Source of the DNA: Gnetum montanum
Taxonomy: Eukaryota > Plantae > Gnetophyta
Assembly: GCA_015680685.1 (NCBI GenBank)
Contig: MNCI01002788.1
Coordinates: 8,413-72,412 of the forward strand
DNA: 64,000 nt
Direction: 5' to 3'
The notes beneath the pieces were generated by a model that made no database searches, had not been told where the DNA came from, and saw nothing but the letters and a program-made list of their open reading frames with translations. Shown piece by piece: positions 47,540 through 59,990 of this stretch (the first letter of the stretch is position 1; each line of letters begins with the position of its first letter). Both the position numbers and the translations under genes were made by a program.

Positions 47540-50500
47540 CCCCCCATGATGGTAAGGGGTTCCACTCCAAGGAGGTCTCTGAAGGATGTAAACTTCTCAC
47601 GGCTCAGAATCTTGGTAAAAATATCCGCTAATTATGCTTCAATTGCACAATGTTCCATGTTGAGGATGTTGTCTTGGATCAGGCTTCTGAGATGGTGATG
47701 CTTGATATCAATTTGCTTAGTATGCCCATGCTGAAGTGGATTGTGAGCCATTGTAATAGCACTTGTGCTGTCACAGTATAAGCAAATGGGAGGATCAAGT
47801 GTAAATCCCATTTCAGTGAAAATAGAGTGAATCCACATGGCTTGAGAAGTAGCACTTGATGCAACTATGTATTCTGCTTTAGCTGTTGAGAGTGCAACTG
47901 AAGACTACTTCTTTGATCCCCAAGAGATAAGCGATGGACCAAAGAAGAGACAGAAACCAAAAGTTGACTTTCGGTCGTCAAGGTTGCCTCCCTAATCTGC
48001 ATCAGTGTATCCCCATACCTTGAAGTTTGTATGTCGACGAAATGTGATCCCAAAATTTGTTGTAGTTCTCAACTAACGTAGAACTCATCTTGTAGCTTTT
48101 CAATGTGAATCTTGCATGAACCGAGAAAGGTAATTGATAGCATATTGAATATCTGGATGAGTATTGAAGAGATACAATAAACCACCAACTAGGGATCTAT
48201 ATAGTGACAAATTGACTGAACGAGATTTATCATTCTTGGTAAGTTTTATACCAAGGGAGAGTGGTGTGTCTGAGGGATTACTATTAATCATACCAAATTT
48301 CTCAAGGATTGAGAAAATTTCATTTGGCATATGGAAATGGATTTTGTTCTTTGGATTACTTGAAAATCCAAAAAATATGACATTTTCCCTAGATTAGTCA
48401 TTTCAAACTCATTTTTCATAGCATTAAGAAAATCATTTCCTAATGCAGTTGTAGATGAAAATAAATTAAATCATCTACATACAGACAGACAAAAATAAAT
48501 TCATCTTTAGATACCTTTTTCTAAATTGTATTTTGGGATTGAAGATGGATGAACCCCTCTTGGATGAAAAATGAATGAATATATGCATACCCTGCACATG
48601 GAGCTTGCTTGAGCCTGTACAAAGCTTTATGAAGCTTGTACACATGATCTTGTTTTCCTTCATCAATGAAACCTAGGGGTTGTTCCACATAGACTTCTTC
48701 ATTTAGAACACCATTGAGGAATGCAGATGCCACATCCAATTGATATACCACATAGCCAGCTTGTGCAGTAATAGCTAGAAAAATTTTCATAGATTCCATT
48801 CGTAAAACGGGACCAAAGTTGTCATCAAAGTCTCTGGGAGTTGCACAGTTCCTGTGGTGTCCACGATTCTAGGAAGGATGTCCCCATTTTGCAGTAGAGT
48901 CCCAAGACATGTGCCAGCCTGGCGTCATTGGAGTGGGTTAGGCGTTGGAAAGAGAATAGCCTGGAGGGTGCTCAAAAAACATGCCAATGCTAGGGCTTGC
49001 ACAAAACATTTTTGTTGCTGGAAAAAACAAATTGTGATCAATGCAATCCTGTTCCAGAAAATTGATGTCATGGGAATCAATGACCTTATGATTGTTTTTA
49101 TCATAGCACCTATAAGCTTTAGATGTCGGAGAATATCCAATGAAAATACAAAGCATAGCTTTGCCATCTAAATTTTGTCTATTTTGGGCAGGGATGCGCA
49201 CATAGCAAGGTGAAACAAAGATCTTTAAATGTGAAATATTAAGTGTATAACCATGCCAGAATTCATAGGGTGTTTTATTGTGAATTGATCTGGAAGGCAC
49301 TCTATTTAAAAGATAAATTGATGTTGCACAAGCTTCTACCCAAAATGTATTCGCCAAGTTTGACAGTTGCAGTAAACACCTGGCCATTTCAACCATGGTT
49401 CTATTTTTCCTTTCAGCTCCTCCATTTTCTTAGGGTGTATAGGATGTGGTAGTTTGATGAAAAATTCCATTCTTCTTGCAAAATTTCTCAAATTCTTAGG
49501 ACAAAAATTCACCACCACAATATATTTGGATTTGCTTGATTGTATTTCCACTTTGATTTTCTACTACCACCTTGAATTCTCTAAATAATCCCAATGTTCG
49601 ATATTTTAATTTCATAAAATAACCCCAAGCAAATTTGAGAAAATCATCCATGATGATTAACATATAATGGTTTTTGCCTAGGCTCAATGCTTGCATGGGA
49701 TTGCATAAATCCATATGAACTAGATCTAATTTTTCTTGAGATCTATGTTCTATCCTAGGAAATAGTAATCTTGTGATTCTTCCTAGTTGACATATGTCAC
49801 AATCATGACTATTAGGCAAAGAAAATTTTGGCATACCTTTGACGAGTCCTTCTTTCTACATGCAATCCATTGAGCCAAAGTTGACATGTCCAAATCGAGC
49901 ATGCCACAACCATGCAACATCATTAGTGACAGTGAGGCGTTGAACATCCTTTTCTATCTGCAACTTATACATTTGATTTTTGCTAATAGGGATAATGGCA
50001 ATACCCTTATCATCATCAGCCTTAGAGATTTTACAAACATTCTTTTCAAATGCAACATGATACCCATTGCGACATAATTGTCCCACACTTAATAAATTCT
50101 TTGAAAGATCTGGAACAAAGTAGATCTGGGAAATAACATAGTTGTTACCTTGCGTGGTTGTGAAGCCAAGTGATCCAATCCTAGCAATGGTTAACTTCTT
50201 CCCATTACCTATGGTGACCTTTCCATCATATGTTTCCAAACTCGAGAAGATTTTCTTGTTCCCAGTCATGTGATTGCTGCACCCACTATCAACATACCAC
50301 ATGTTGTTGTCACTAGCATTTAATGCCTTTGCAGAGATCAGGAGGTGATCTTCCTCCTCTTCAGTATAAAACAATTGCTCACCTTTTTGGTGATTCTTGT
50401 GGTGATCTTCATCTTCTACAATTTTTGCTTTGCCTTTCTTTTCATGCTTCTTCCTAGACCAACATTCATGAATATTGTGGGTGTTGGTACCACAAAAATC

Positions 50501-51295
50501 ACAATCCTTACCTTCATTTCATTGATTTGATCTTCCATGACCATGACCTCTAGATCTGCTGCGACCCTGTCCATGTCCTCTAAATGAGGATCCACTTGAG
50601 GATCTTTGATTTTGATTTTTATTGAATGATCTCTAGAATTGTGCTCAAAATGCATTTGCTGTTGAATCCTCATGATCAGCAATTCTTTGCTCATATGTTT
50701 TCAAGCTTCCTACGAGCTCAACCATGGTCATCTTATCGAGATCTCTTTCTTCTTCAATAGCCATGACGATGGGATCATATCGTTGGGTCACACTTTGAAG
50801 GATCTTTTCAACAACACGCCTTTCCTCAAGCGTTTCTCCACAAGATTCAAGCCCATTTCAAACTTGTTGAAATCGGCTAATGTATTGATCAATGTTCTCT
50901 GAATCTAGCATGTGCAAAGATTCAAAATCTTTCCTTAAAGCTTGTAACTTGACAACACAAACTTTTAATGATCCCTTGTATGCAATCTCCAATGCATCCC
51001 ATGCAGCTTTGCTTGTTGGATGCATGACGATTTTGGGAAAGATTGTCAGATCTAACCCAAATTGAATGATGAATAATGCTTTTGCATCTTTCTCACGAAG
51101 CTTCTTGACTTCATTCTTTTCATCTTCTGTCAAGGCTTGAAATGTTGCTTGATTAGCATCTTAAAATCCACCTTCAACAATATCCCATAGATCTTGTGAG
51201 ATCATAAATGTCTTCATCTTGATTGCCCAATATTCATAATTTTCTCCATTGAATATAGGAATTTGGAGAGACACAGATCCATTATTTTGGGCCAT
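47540..51295 (-). pseudogene. Decayed gag-pol of copia E
   Basis: IPIFNGENYEYWAIKMK, WYVDSGCSNHMTG, WLWHARFGH, LVHMDLC, YQLDVASAFLNG, YRSLVGGLLYL, LYCDSTSAI, ADIFTK. Confidence 0.93.
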
Positions 51296-51347
51296 TCTGG
51301 AGAGATCTGTTGTTAAGAATCTGAGCTAACCGAGCTTCGATACCAAA

Positions 51348-51711
51348 TGAGAAATCTGAATCTAAAGGGCCTTGGATCTACTATCTATGCTAAACAGAAA
51401 TTAAAGAACTTTGTTAGAACAAAAAACACACATATAATCTATTAATCCAAAATCTATATATTTATGAATATGTGCTACTACAATTATATAGACTTGAATC
51501 CTTTTAAGAATGGATTTGAAGAGATAAGCATGAGTCTCTAAAATCATGGGAATGATCCTTATCATCTTATTTATGGATGAGATAATCATGGGTATGGATA
51601 AGCATGGATATGGATAAGCATGGACAACTAGGATCTCATCTTATTTAAAATAAATAAAAGGATGAGATCAATCTCCTAATAATGTGGACTCTACTACATA
51701 GATCTTCCACA
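51348..51711 (-). repeat. 5' LTR of copia E
   Basis: Pairs with 47173-47536; adjacent to the PBS. Confidence 0.95.
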
Positions 51712-54700
51712 CTCCCAAGTGTCTAATCTAAGAAAGTAGATTCAAGGGTGGAAATAAGGAAACCATGAGTCCTTGGATGCCACTATTGGCTGATACTATT
51801 CTCTACTACATAGGTGTCCCAGCCATGGATACTCTCAGCTTGATCAACTTTGCCATATCATAGATGGGTTACAATCTGAAACCAGGAAAACCCTTGGCGT
51901 CTATACCCAAGGGAGATTGATAGAGTTAAGCATCCATCGGATCCAAAAATTGATTGATCAGGTAGCCAAGGAGGAGGAAGAATTGAGAAAATGAGAAAGT
52001 GTAGAGGAATACAACAAGGACCCTTCTATCTGCAAAAGGGGGGTTCAATTTTTTGACAATGAGGATGAATTAACTAAAGATGAGGTGGATAATCATAAAA
52101 CCTTACCACTTTAGAAATTGCAATTTGAAATCACAACTATGGTTGACCAATTATGGGACTCCATGGATAATAAGTTTCAGGCTATCTTAAAAATTGTTGA
52201 AGAGTCCAAGGAACAAAGTGGTTAGCGTGAGTGCCGAAGATGTAAGGAAGCTGAACATGCTATATCCAAGGGTAAGGGTAAAATGGCTACGATAGAGGTG
52301 GTTGCAAATAATGACTTAGATGATGATGGCAGGTGTAACGTCTGTCAGTATGAACATCTTAAGGGATGTTACCCAATTGTATCACACTTGTAGGAATATG
52401 GGGTGTAAGCCTTACATCCACGACTTGCACAAAGGCAAACACCCAAAATATTGCCTTATCCACAAGGCAATCCTTGATAGTTCCACCAACCATAGCAATA
52501 CTATTCAAGTGGAACTCCACTGCAACCTTACGAATTATACCAGTAGTGGCAGCAACCACAATTGTGGGCGATGCCACCTCCAAGACAATGGTACCCTTAT
52601 TAGCAACCAGATCCCTATGGGTACTATGTTCAACAACCTTCATCTCCATAAGACTCCTCTAGTCATGTTGCTGCTTACCAACCTCACCACGACCCTCATG
52701 AAGTCTACCAATCACCATATCCAAGGAGGGATGCCACCTACTCTCCTCATGCACCTCTTGTTCCTATACCTACTCCTCCATCTCCTCCACAGCTACCACC
52801 TGCTCCATCCATGCAGGGTGAACTACCTATCCAACCACAGCAAAGAAATGCTACAAGGGCTGTTAATCTGCAATTGGTTAACCTACCAAGCAAGTTGGAA
52901 CCACAAACAAAGAAAAGATCCTTCTTTCAACCTTGCAGTCCACCAAAGCCCTTAGATACATCGATGGTTGGTAACCATGTTCCTCCACCTTCCTCTGTTT
53001 CATCTTTATCTAAGTCCCTTTCAAACCAAAATCCTTCTTGAATTTATACTGTAATGTTAACCCATGCTATATCTTATTGGATTTGACCTGATAACCTACC
53101 TAGAAAGTTAGTTGATCCCAGGGGTCCCCTAGTATATTTTCAAATTGTTGGGAATGAGCCTTGTAAAGCTCTTCTTGACTCTGGTTCTAGTGTTAATCTG
53201 ATCTCGTATAAGATGTACACAATGTGGAACCTTCCTCCTTTGCAGAAGAGTAACATCTTACTGGAACTAGTGGACTAGTCCATCACTATTCCATTGGGAC
53301 TAGTAGAGGACATCGTAACCACCGTTTGTGGGTGGTCGTATCCCACTAACTTCCTAGTAATCAAGGTAGAGAACTATAAAAGGGACTTCCCAATTATTAT
53401 GGAAAGGGTGTGGTTAAGCACAGTTGATGCCAAAATAGGCATTAGAGATATTTCCTTGGAGATATCTAAAGAAAATGAATTTGGAAAGATAGAGAAGAAG
53501 AGGGTTCCATATACCGCGTACAATGATTCAGGGTGCCATTGTGTGTAGAAGTTATGGTCAGTGAAGCAAACATCTATCTCTACATGCAAGCAATGTGCAC
53601 CAAAAGCTAAAATCCAAAGATGTTTGTACACAACAGCCACAAAACAAGAAGGCACCCAATGGTTGATAGCTAATTCTAGTAGCGGTACCTTATGCATGGA
53701 ACCTATTGAGGGTTTAATGTATGAATATATTGCAAGTATGAATGAACTCAAGCAAGTTCATCACCAGCTCTCCAAAGGAGAAAATGATAATGTCAATTGG
53801 GGAGAGTTGGAGATTCTCGACAATTTTAAACTAAAGCCCCTTGAATTGAAGACACTATCGGTTGGAATGGAGTATGTGTTATTGAAAAATGGAAGGGCAG
53901 TTATGATTAATGCCAAGCTTGCTACAGAAGAAAAGAAAATGTTGATGAAGGTTGTGGAAAAATGGTCAGAAGCCTTTGCCTAATCATATTCCAAGCTCAC
54001 TAGTATAGATCCAAGAATATGCTAGCACCAGATATACACTAACCTCACCATAAGCCAAAATGACAGCTGCAATGACATTTGAGTCCCAAATTAAAGCAAA
54101 TTGTCAAAGAGGAGATTGAACAACTCCTCAAGGTGGGATTCATCTGCCCTATCGCAGATAGTAAGTGGGTCAGTCCACTTGTGATTGTACCTAAGAAAGG
54201 AGGCAAATGGCGAGTGTGCATCAACTTCCCGTTGCTCAACATGGCAACTTTCAAAGATCATTTTTCGTTGCCTTTTGTTGACCAAGTGCTAGACACCATT
54301 TCTAAGCATAGCTATTATAGCGTTTTGGATGGTGGCTATACCCAAATTTAGATTGCACCAAAGGACCAAGCGAAGACAACTTTCATAAGTCCTTGGGAGA
54401 CTTTTGCTTACCGTCAAATGCCATTTGGTCTATGTAATGCCCTAGCCATATTTCAATGATTGATCCTTAGCATTTTTCAACAACAAATCGGTAGTGGGGT
54501 AGAAGTCTTGATGAATGACTTTTCTACCTACGAAACTACGTTCAAGCAAGTCCTAGACTATCTTGAGCAAGTGTTGAGGAGATGTGTCAAAACAAACCTC
54601 CGACTCAATTAGCAAAAGAGCCATCTTATGGTCCAGGAAGGCATAGTCTTGGGCACTGTATTTCAAAGTAAGAATTGAGGTAGACCCTAAGAAAATAAGG

Positions 54701-57700
54701 GTCATCAAAGGAATAACCCATCAACCTGAAATAGTTAAAGAAGTGTGGTCATTCCTTGGTCATATTGGCTACTACCAGTGCTTCATTGAGAATTTCTCCA
54801 AAATTGTCAAGCTGTTGGTGGAATTGACAAAGAAGGATGTATCATTTATTTGGACCTCTACATGTGAAATAGCATTTCAGGGATTGAAGCAAAAGCTTGT
54901 TGAAACCCCAATTCTACAAGCACCTGATTGGTCTCGGTCATTTCATGTAATGACTGATGCATCAAATTATGCTTTTGGGGTAGTGCTTACACAAATGGAT
55001 AATCAAAAATGTCCATATTACATTCACTGTGCAAGCCAAAGTATTGTAGCTGCACAATTGAATTACACCATCATAGAAAAGGAATTGATAGTAGTGGTGT
55101 TCACATTAGAGAAGTTCATGCACTATGTGCTTGGCTATAAAGTGTTTATGCACATAGATCATTGCGCCATCCGATTTCTAATGAATAAACCAATAGTGAG
55201 CCCCTGTGTGATACGGTGGCTCATGATTTTGCAAAAGTTCAATCTCACGATGGTAGATTAAAAAGGTGTGGAGAATGTGGTCACTGACCACCTATCAGGA
55301 CTAAGATGGGATGACAAGGAGAAAGAGAGCCCCTTATCAGATTAGTTCCTTGACAGATCTCTCCTTGTAGGGGCTATTAATGCACAAATTCCTAATAAAC
55401 CAGAATGCTATGACACCATCCTCACTTATCTACTCAAGCAAGAACTACTGCAAGGGTTGGACACCAAAAAGAAACAATTATTTCTTCACTAGGTCAAGTA
55501 CTTCATGGAAATTAATGGGAACCTTTACAAAGTCTATCCCAATGGCCTGGTATGTTGGTGTGTCTCTAATATAGATCAACTATGCATTCTCTAGGATGCT
55601 CATGAAGGTCCTTGTGGAGGCCATTATGTTGGGAGATGCAGGGCCATAAAAATCCTCATGGCAGGATATTACTAGTCAATAATCTTCAAGGATGCACACC
55701 AATTCAACCATGCTTGTGATCATTTTCAAATGGATGGTGAAATGACAACTCAAATGGAGGGGCCACATCAATGAATTCAACCTCTTGAGCCATTCGATAT
55801 TTGGGGCATTGACTTTATGGGTCCCATCACACCTATATCAAATGGAAAGGCATATATCATAGTTACAGTTGACTATTGCACCAAGTGGGTATAAGCAGTA
55901 GCTATCACAAATTGTACATTCACCACTACTACTTGATTTGTACAACAAAATATCATAAATAGGTTTGGTGTGCCTCATGTGTTCATTTCTAATAATGGAA
56001 CTTATTTTATAGGTGCCACTTTCTAGAAACTTATGCAACACTTGGGGGTTAAGCACAAACTCACAACACCATATCACCCCCAAGCCAATGGTCAAGTTAA
56101 GTTCACTAATCAAGAGATTATGAAAATTCTAACATGCACCATTAGCAAATACCAAAGGTATTGGAGTACCAAATTAAATGATTCCCTTTGGGCTTATCAC
56201 TCCACATGAAAGCTTCCCATAGGTTATTCTCCCTATGAGATCATGTATGGAAAACTACCAACATTGCCCATCCAGTTCGACCTCTGTACACTCTCTATAG
56301 CCTATGACCTTGACTAAATCTAAGTCTAGCACAGAAAGAACAATTAATGAACCTCAACTTGCTAGATGAAAATCAGTTAATGGCCCTGTCATCTAATGAA
56401 ATGCATAAGGCATTCAACAAGAAATGCCTTGACCTCAAAATAAGAAAGTCAAGTTTCAACCAGGCGACAAGGTCCTCTATTATAATCCTGCACATGTACC
56501 CCAACAAACCAAATTCCAAATGTTGTGGAAAGGACCTTACATTATTAATGAGACTTTTCCATTTGGGGCCATGATTATTTATAAACCTAACAGCCCAAAC
56601 AAGAAACAATTAGTCAACATCCAACAAGTGAAACCTTTCCATGAGCCCAAGCCAACCAACTCAACAAACACCTCACCAGATGGACAACCATGCTTAATGT
56701 TTCAAATCTCTCCCTTCCAACATAGTCATGGGGGAGATGGCCATCCATACTAATACTTTATTTAGCTCTGATGAGTGGCGAGGTACCCCTACACTCAACT
56801 ATACGAAACGAGNGATATTCTTTGTTTTACATATTTGTTTTTCAAGTTGTTGACCTTTTCACCGTTGTTAGTATATTTGATATTTATTACATACTTTTTA
56901 AATTTTTTTATATTTATATTTTCTTGTGTTTGGTATGTTTCTCTACTATTTCTACTAATAAGGTGTTAGGTACAATGGTAAGGTGCTACTTGATGGTGGT
57001 ATGTTTCATTTATAATTTGATTGTTGATGTCTAGTTTTTGACTTTGAATGTCGTTACTAGCGATTGGGATATGGTTTCTTTTCATGTAACAAGTAGTGTC
57101 TCCACATCATCCACCCATCCACATACTCTATGGTTTTCCTTATTTTGGAAATGTGCAGTCCCTTTTTTCATTAATGCAACTTTAATAAATTGGTGACTTG
57201 TGTAGTTTACAGAATTGGGAAAGAATCAAAGGTTTGGACATGGTGTGGCTTCAAAGGGATGCGGTATCCTTTGTACTTTTCTATTTTCCTATGTCTGAGA
57301 GTGTTCTCATGAGCTTCTCATCATTCTGCGTCATTCCACAATAGGAAGTCAAATAAGTCCTTGCATGGTGTGGTCCTCATCAAAAAAAAGATGAGGATTC
57401 AAAGTACACCCCTTGGACAAAATAAATGTGAAAACGCATGGGTCTTTGCATGGTGTGGTTCCCATTCAAAAAAAACATGGGAATTCAAAGCACACCCCTT
57501 AGACCAAATAAAAGGGCTATAAGCACTGGTTATGAGACTTGTCTTGTCTCCTCTAACTAAGGCCCTTTTTCACTTCCTACTTTCTCTCCAATTTGGAATG
57601 GTGGTTGTTTTGTGGAAGCATTTTTGTGTCTCAAGGGATTGAATAGTCTTAGAATGTCGATGTGAAGTCATTAAAAGTGGTTGGTTTTAGTTTGGACTGA

Positions 57701-58814
57701 GGATGGATCCTACCAAGTTATTTAATTGCAAACTCCACAAGGGACTTCATGTGACCATAATTGCAAACTCCACAAGGGACTTCATGTGATCCTATCTATG
57801 CTTTTCACTACCTCACCTCACTGTTGATTTCATGTTTTGATGTAATGTTCTAGTTTGATGTGTCGGGTTTCTTCTTCAGTTACTTCTAGGTTTTTGTACT
57901 TAACTTTTCATAACCATTAATCATCCATGGTGCCCATGGACTCCTTGCTTTGAAGTTATGCAAGGGCATAAAAGGCCTATGCCTGCTTTGGGGAGGACCC
58001 ACTTGCATATCGTTTGGTTAGGTTAAGTTAAGTTCTTTATCCTTAGATATTGTTACAATCAAATTCTTTTTATTTACCCCATCCATGACATCCAATTGTG
58101 TGCACCTTCACAACTATTTTTGGTGAATTTCTTCTCTTTATTGTTATGAATTTCTATACCCTCTTTCCAGTATTCCTTGTGTTAAGCTTTTTTTGAATTT
58201 TATGGACTGCTTCTCTTACTTAACCCATTCATTAGTCTTCCACTAACATTATCAAGAAACTAATCTATCACAATCACAACTTGGCTAGATAAAATCACTG
58301 ATGAGATAAGGTATTTAGCTGCTATATGTTACACTTTATATACTAATCCTTGATTTTGTTATGATTGCAGTGGGGAGCATGGACTGGAAGCAGGATTTTC
58401 TTCACCAAGGAAGCTACAATAATATCACTCATAGGAGATTATTCATGACTGTTGGATCTCTTCTACCTCTCCTTCATTCCTCTGTTGCCAAGAGGGGTTG
58501 GATGTCCTTTGGATCCAAGGGTGTTCTTTCCTGTTGTCATGAACACCCAATTTTGTACACAATTGTAATGTTGTATGCTCAGGCACTTCGATATTTGTTT
58601 ATCTTCTTTGTGTCACTCTACCTGTCAATCGGATAGTCCATACCTCCTGATATATTTTATAAGGGACTTGTTCCTCTTCTTTTATACTTAAGGATGAGTT
58701 TTCATTCAATCATGGGGGTATGATAAATCATGTTTTTTTCATACACTCTGATATCGAAGTGGTTGCGATATCAGGTACACGATAAGAATGAGTTTTCATT
58801 CAGTCATGGGGGTA

Positions 58815-59706
58815 TGATAAATCATGTTTTTTTTTCATACACTCTAATATTAGAGTGGTTGCAATATTGGGTACACAATATCATAGCCTAAGATGCAATA
58901 TCATGTACCCAATATCATGGCCCAAGATGCAATATCGTACATTCGATATCACAAGGTTACTCTCGGGTCTATAAATACAGCCCTTAGGTACACGATTGAG
59001 GGAAGTTTTTTGGCAGTCAAGTAGCGAAACTCTTGTAGTTTGTCCATTTGAGAGTTAGAATATTTTCTAAGTGCCTGTAGCAGGAGATTTAAGTGTGATC
59101 AAATCTTTATTCAAGCATTGATGTACCTGAACATGCCATTGTGTTAGCAATAAATATGAGCTCTTTGATTCACCTTGCAGCACTTGAGACTTTCTTTCTT
59201 ATGCATTTACATATATTGTGATTTCATTTAGTTTACATTGATGTTATTCATTCAGCAATTAATTTTTATTCATTAAGAAACTAATTAAAATACACAAGCA
59301 CAACCCCTTCGAACATATGTGTGACACTTGGTAGCTCAAAATTGGTTAGCATTTGACAACTCAATAGTGTTTACACAAAGTTTAAGATGTGTCCAGAAGT
59401 GGGAACGGTTACTTGTGTTAGGCTAGATTAAATCATAGTTTTCTTAGCACTTAATCACTTTCACTTTCATTCTTGTTCTAGGCAAGTAAATTGATAAAAC
59501 ACAAAATAATAAATATCTTACGCCTCAGTCACACTTAACCATACAATTGCATTTTACAAGTGGGACTAGGAAGACAATGAATAGACAACACATGCACTTT
59601 TTAGCTTTAGTGTACTTGGTAATTAAAGTCTATGGAATTCAACTAGATCGCACGTGAACACCTATGATTTGTATGGTTGGGCATAGGGGTACCTTGCCAC
59701 TCATCA
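58815..59706 (+). repeat. 3' LTR of element C (preceded by a duplicated PPT/LTR start at 58690-58783)
   Basis: TGATAAATC...CACTCATCA; colinear with 44987-45843. Confidence 0.9.
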
Positions 59707-59990
59707 ATTAGTTTCACCTCCTAGAGACTAGTGTACTTAGAAGGAAATAAGTCCACAAAATTCAATTGGATCACACATGAATGCTTAGTGATTTGTATGG
59801 TTGGGTGTAGGATCTACTAGCTGCTCAGCATTGGCACTATTGCTGGGGACTTGTAGTTTGATACATGCACTATCTAGGACTTGGTGAAAATTATATAAGA
59901 TTGTTGAAACAAACCCTAAAGTCACAATCATTCAAAAAATAAAAATAATAACTATAATGAAAGCACATTGAGTTTTTCTTTTAATGCAAA

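Larger units (their letters stand above)
47173..51711 (-). mobile_element. Ty1/copia element E with two LTRs and an internal deletion, inserted antisense into gag of C
   Basis: 364-bp LTRs, perfect TSD CTCCC (47168-47172 / 51712-51716), tRNA-iMet-type PBS TGGTATCGAAGC (51345-51334), PPT at 47537-47545. Confidence 0.95.
46012..56753 (+). pseudogene. Decayed gag-pol of element C (interrupted by copia E at 47173-51711)
   Basis: ATG 46012; Ser/His-rich gag; CNVCQYEH knuckle; ALLDSGSSVNL (~53170); WVSPLVIVPKKGGKWRVC; TDASNYAFG; WGIDFMGP; WKGPYII. Confidence 0.9.
44987..59706 (+). mobile_element. Complete Athila-like element C, inserted in the 5' LTR of D
   Basis: Paired LTRs, TSD GTTAG/ATTAG (one mismatch), PBS TTGGTGCC at 45844, PPT TCATGGGGGTA, gag-PR-RT-RH-INT. 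Confidence 0.92.

Noticed and set aside
57723-57792. ~34-bp tandem duplication in the 3' UTR of element C
   Set aside because: Ordinary local duplication with no further structure.
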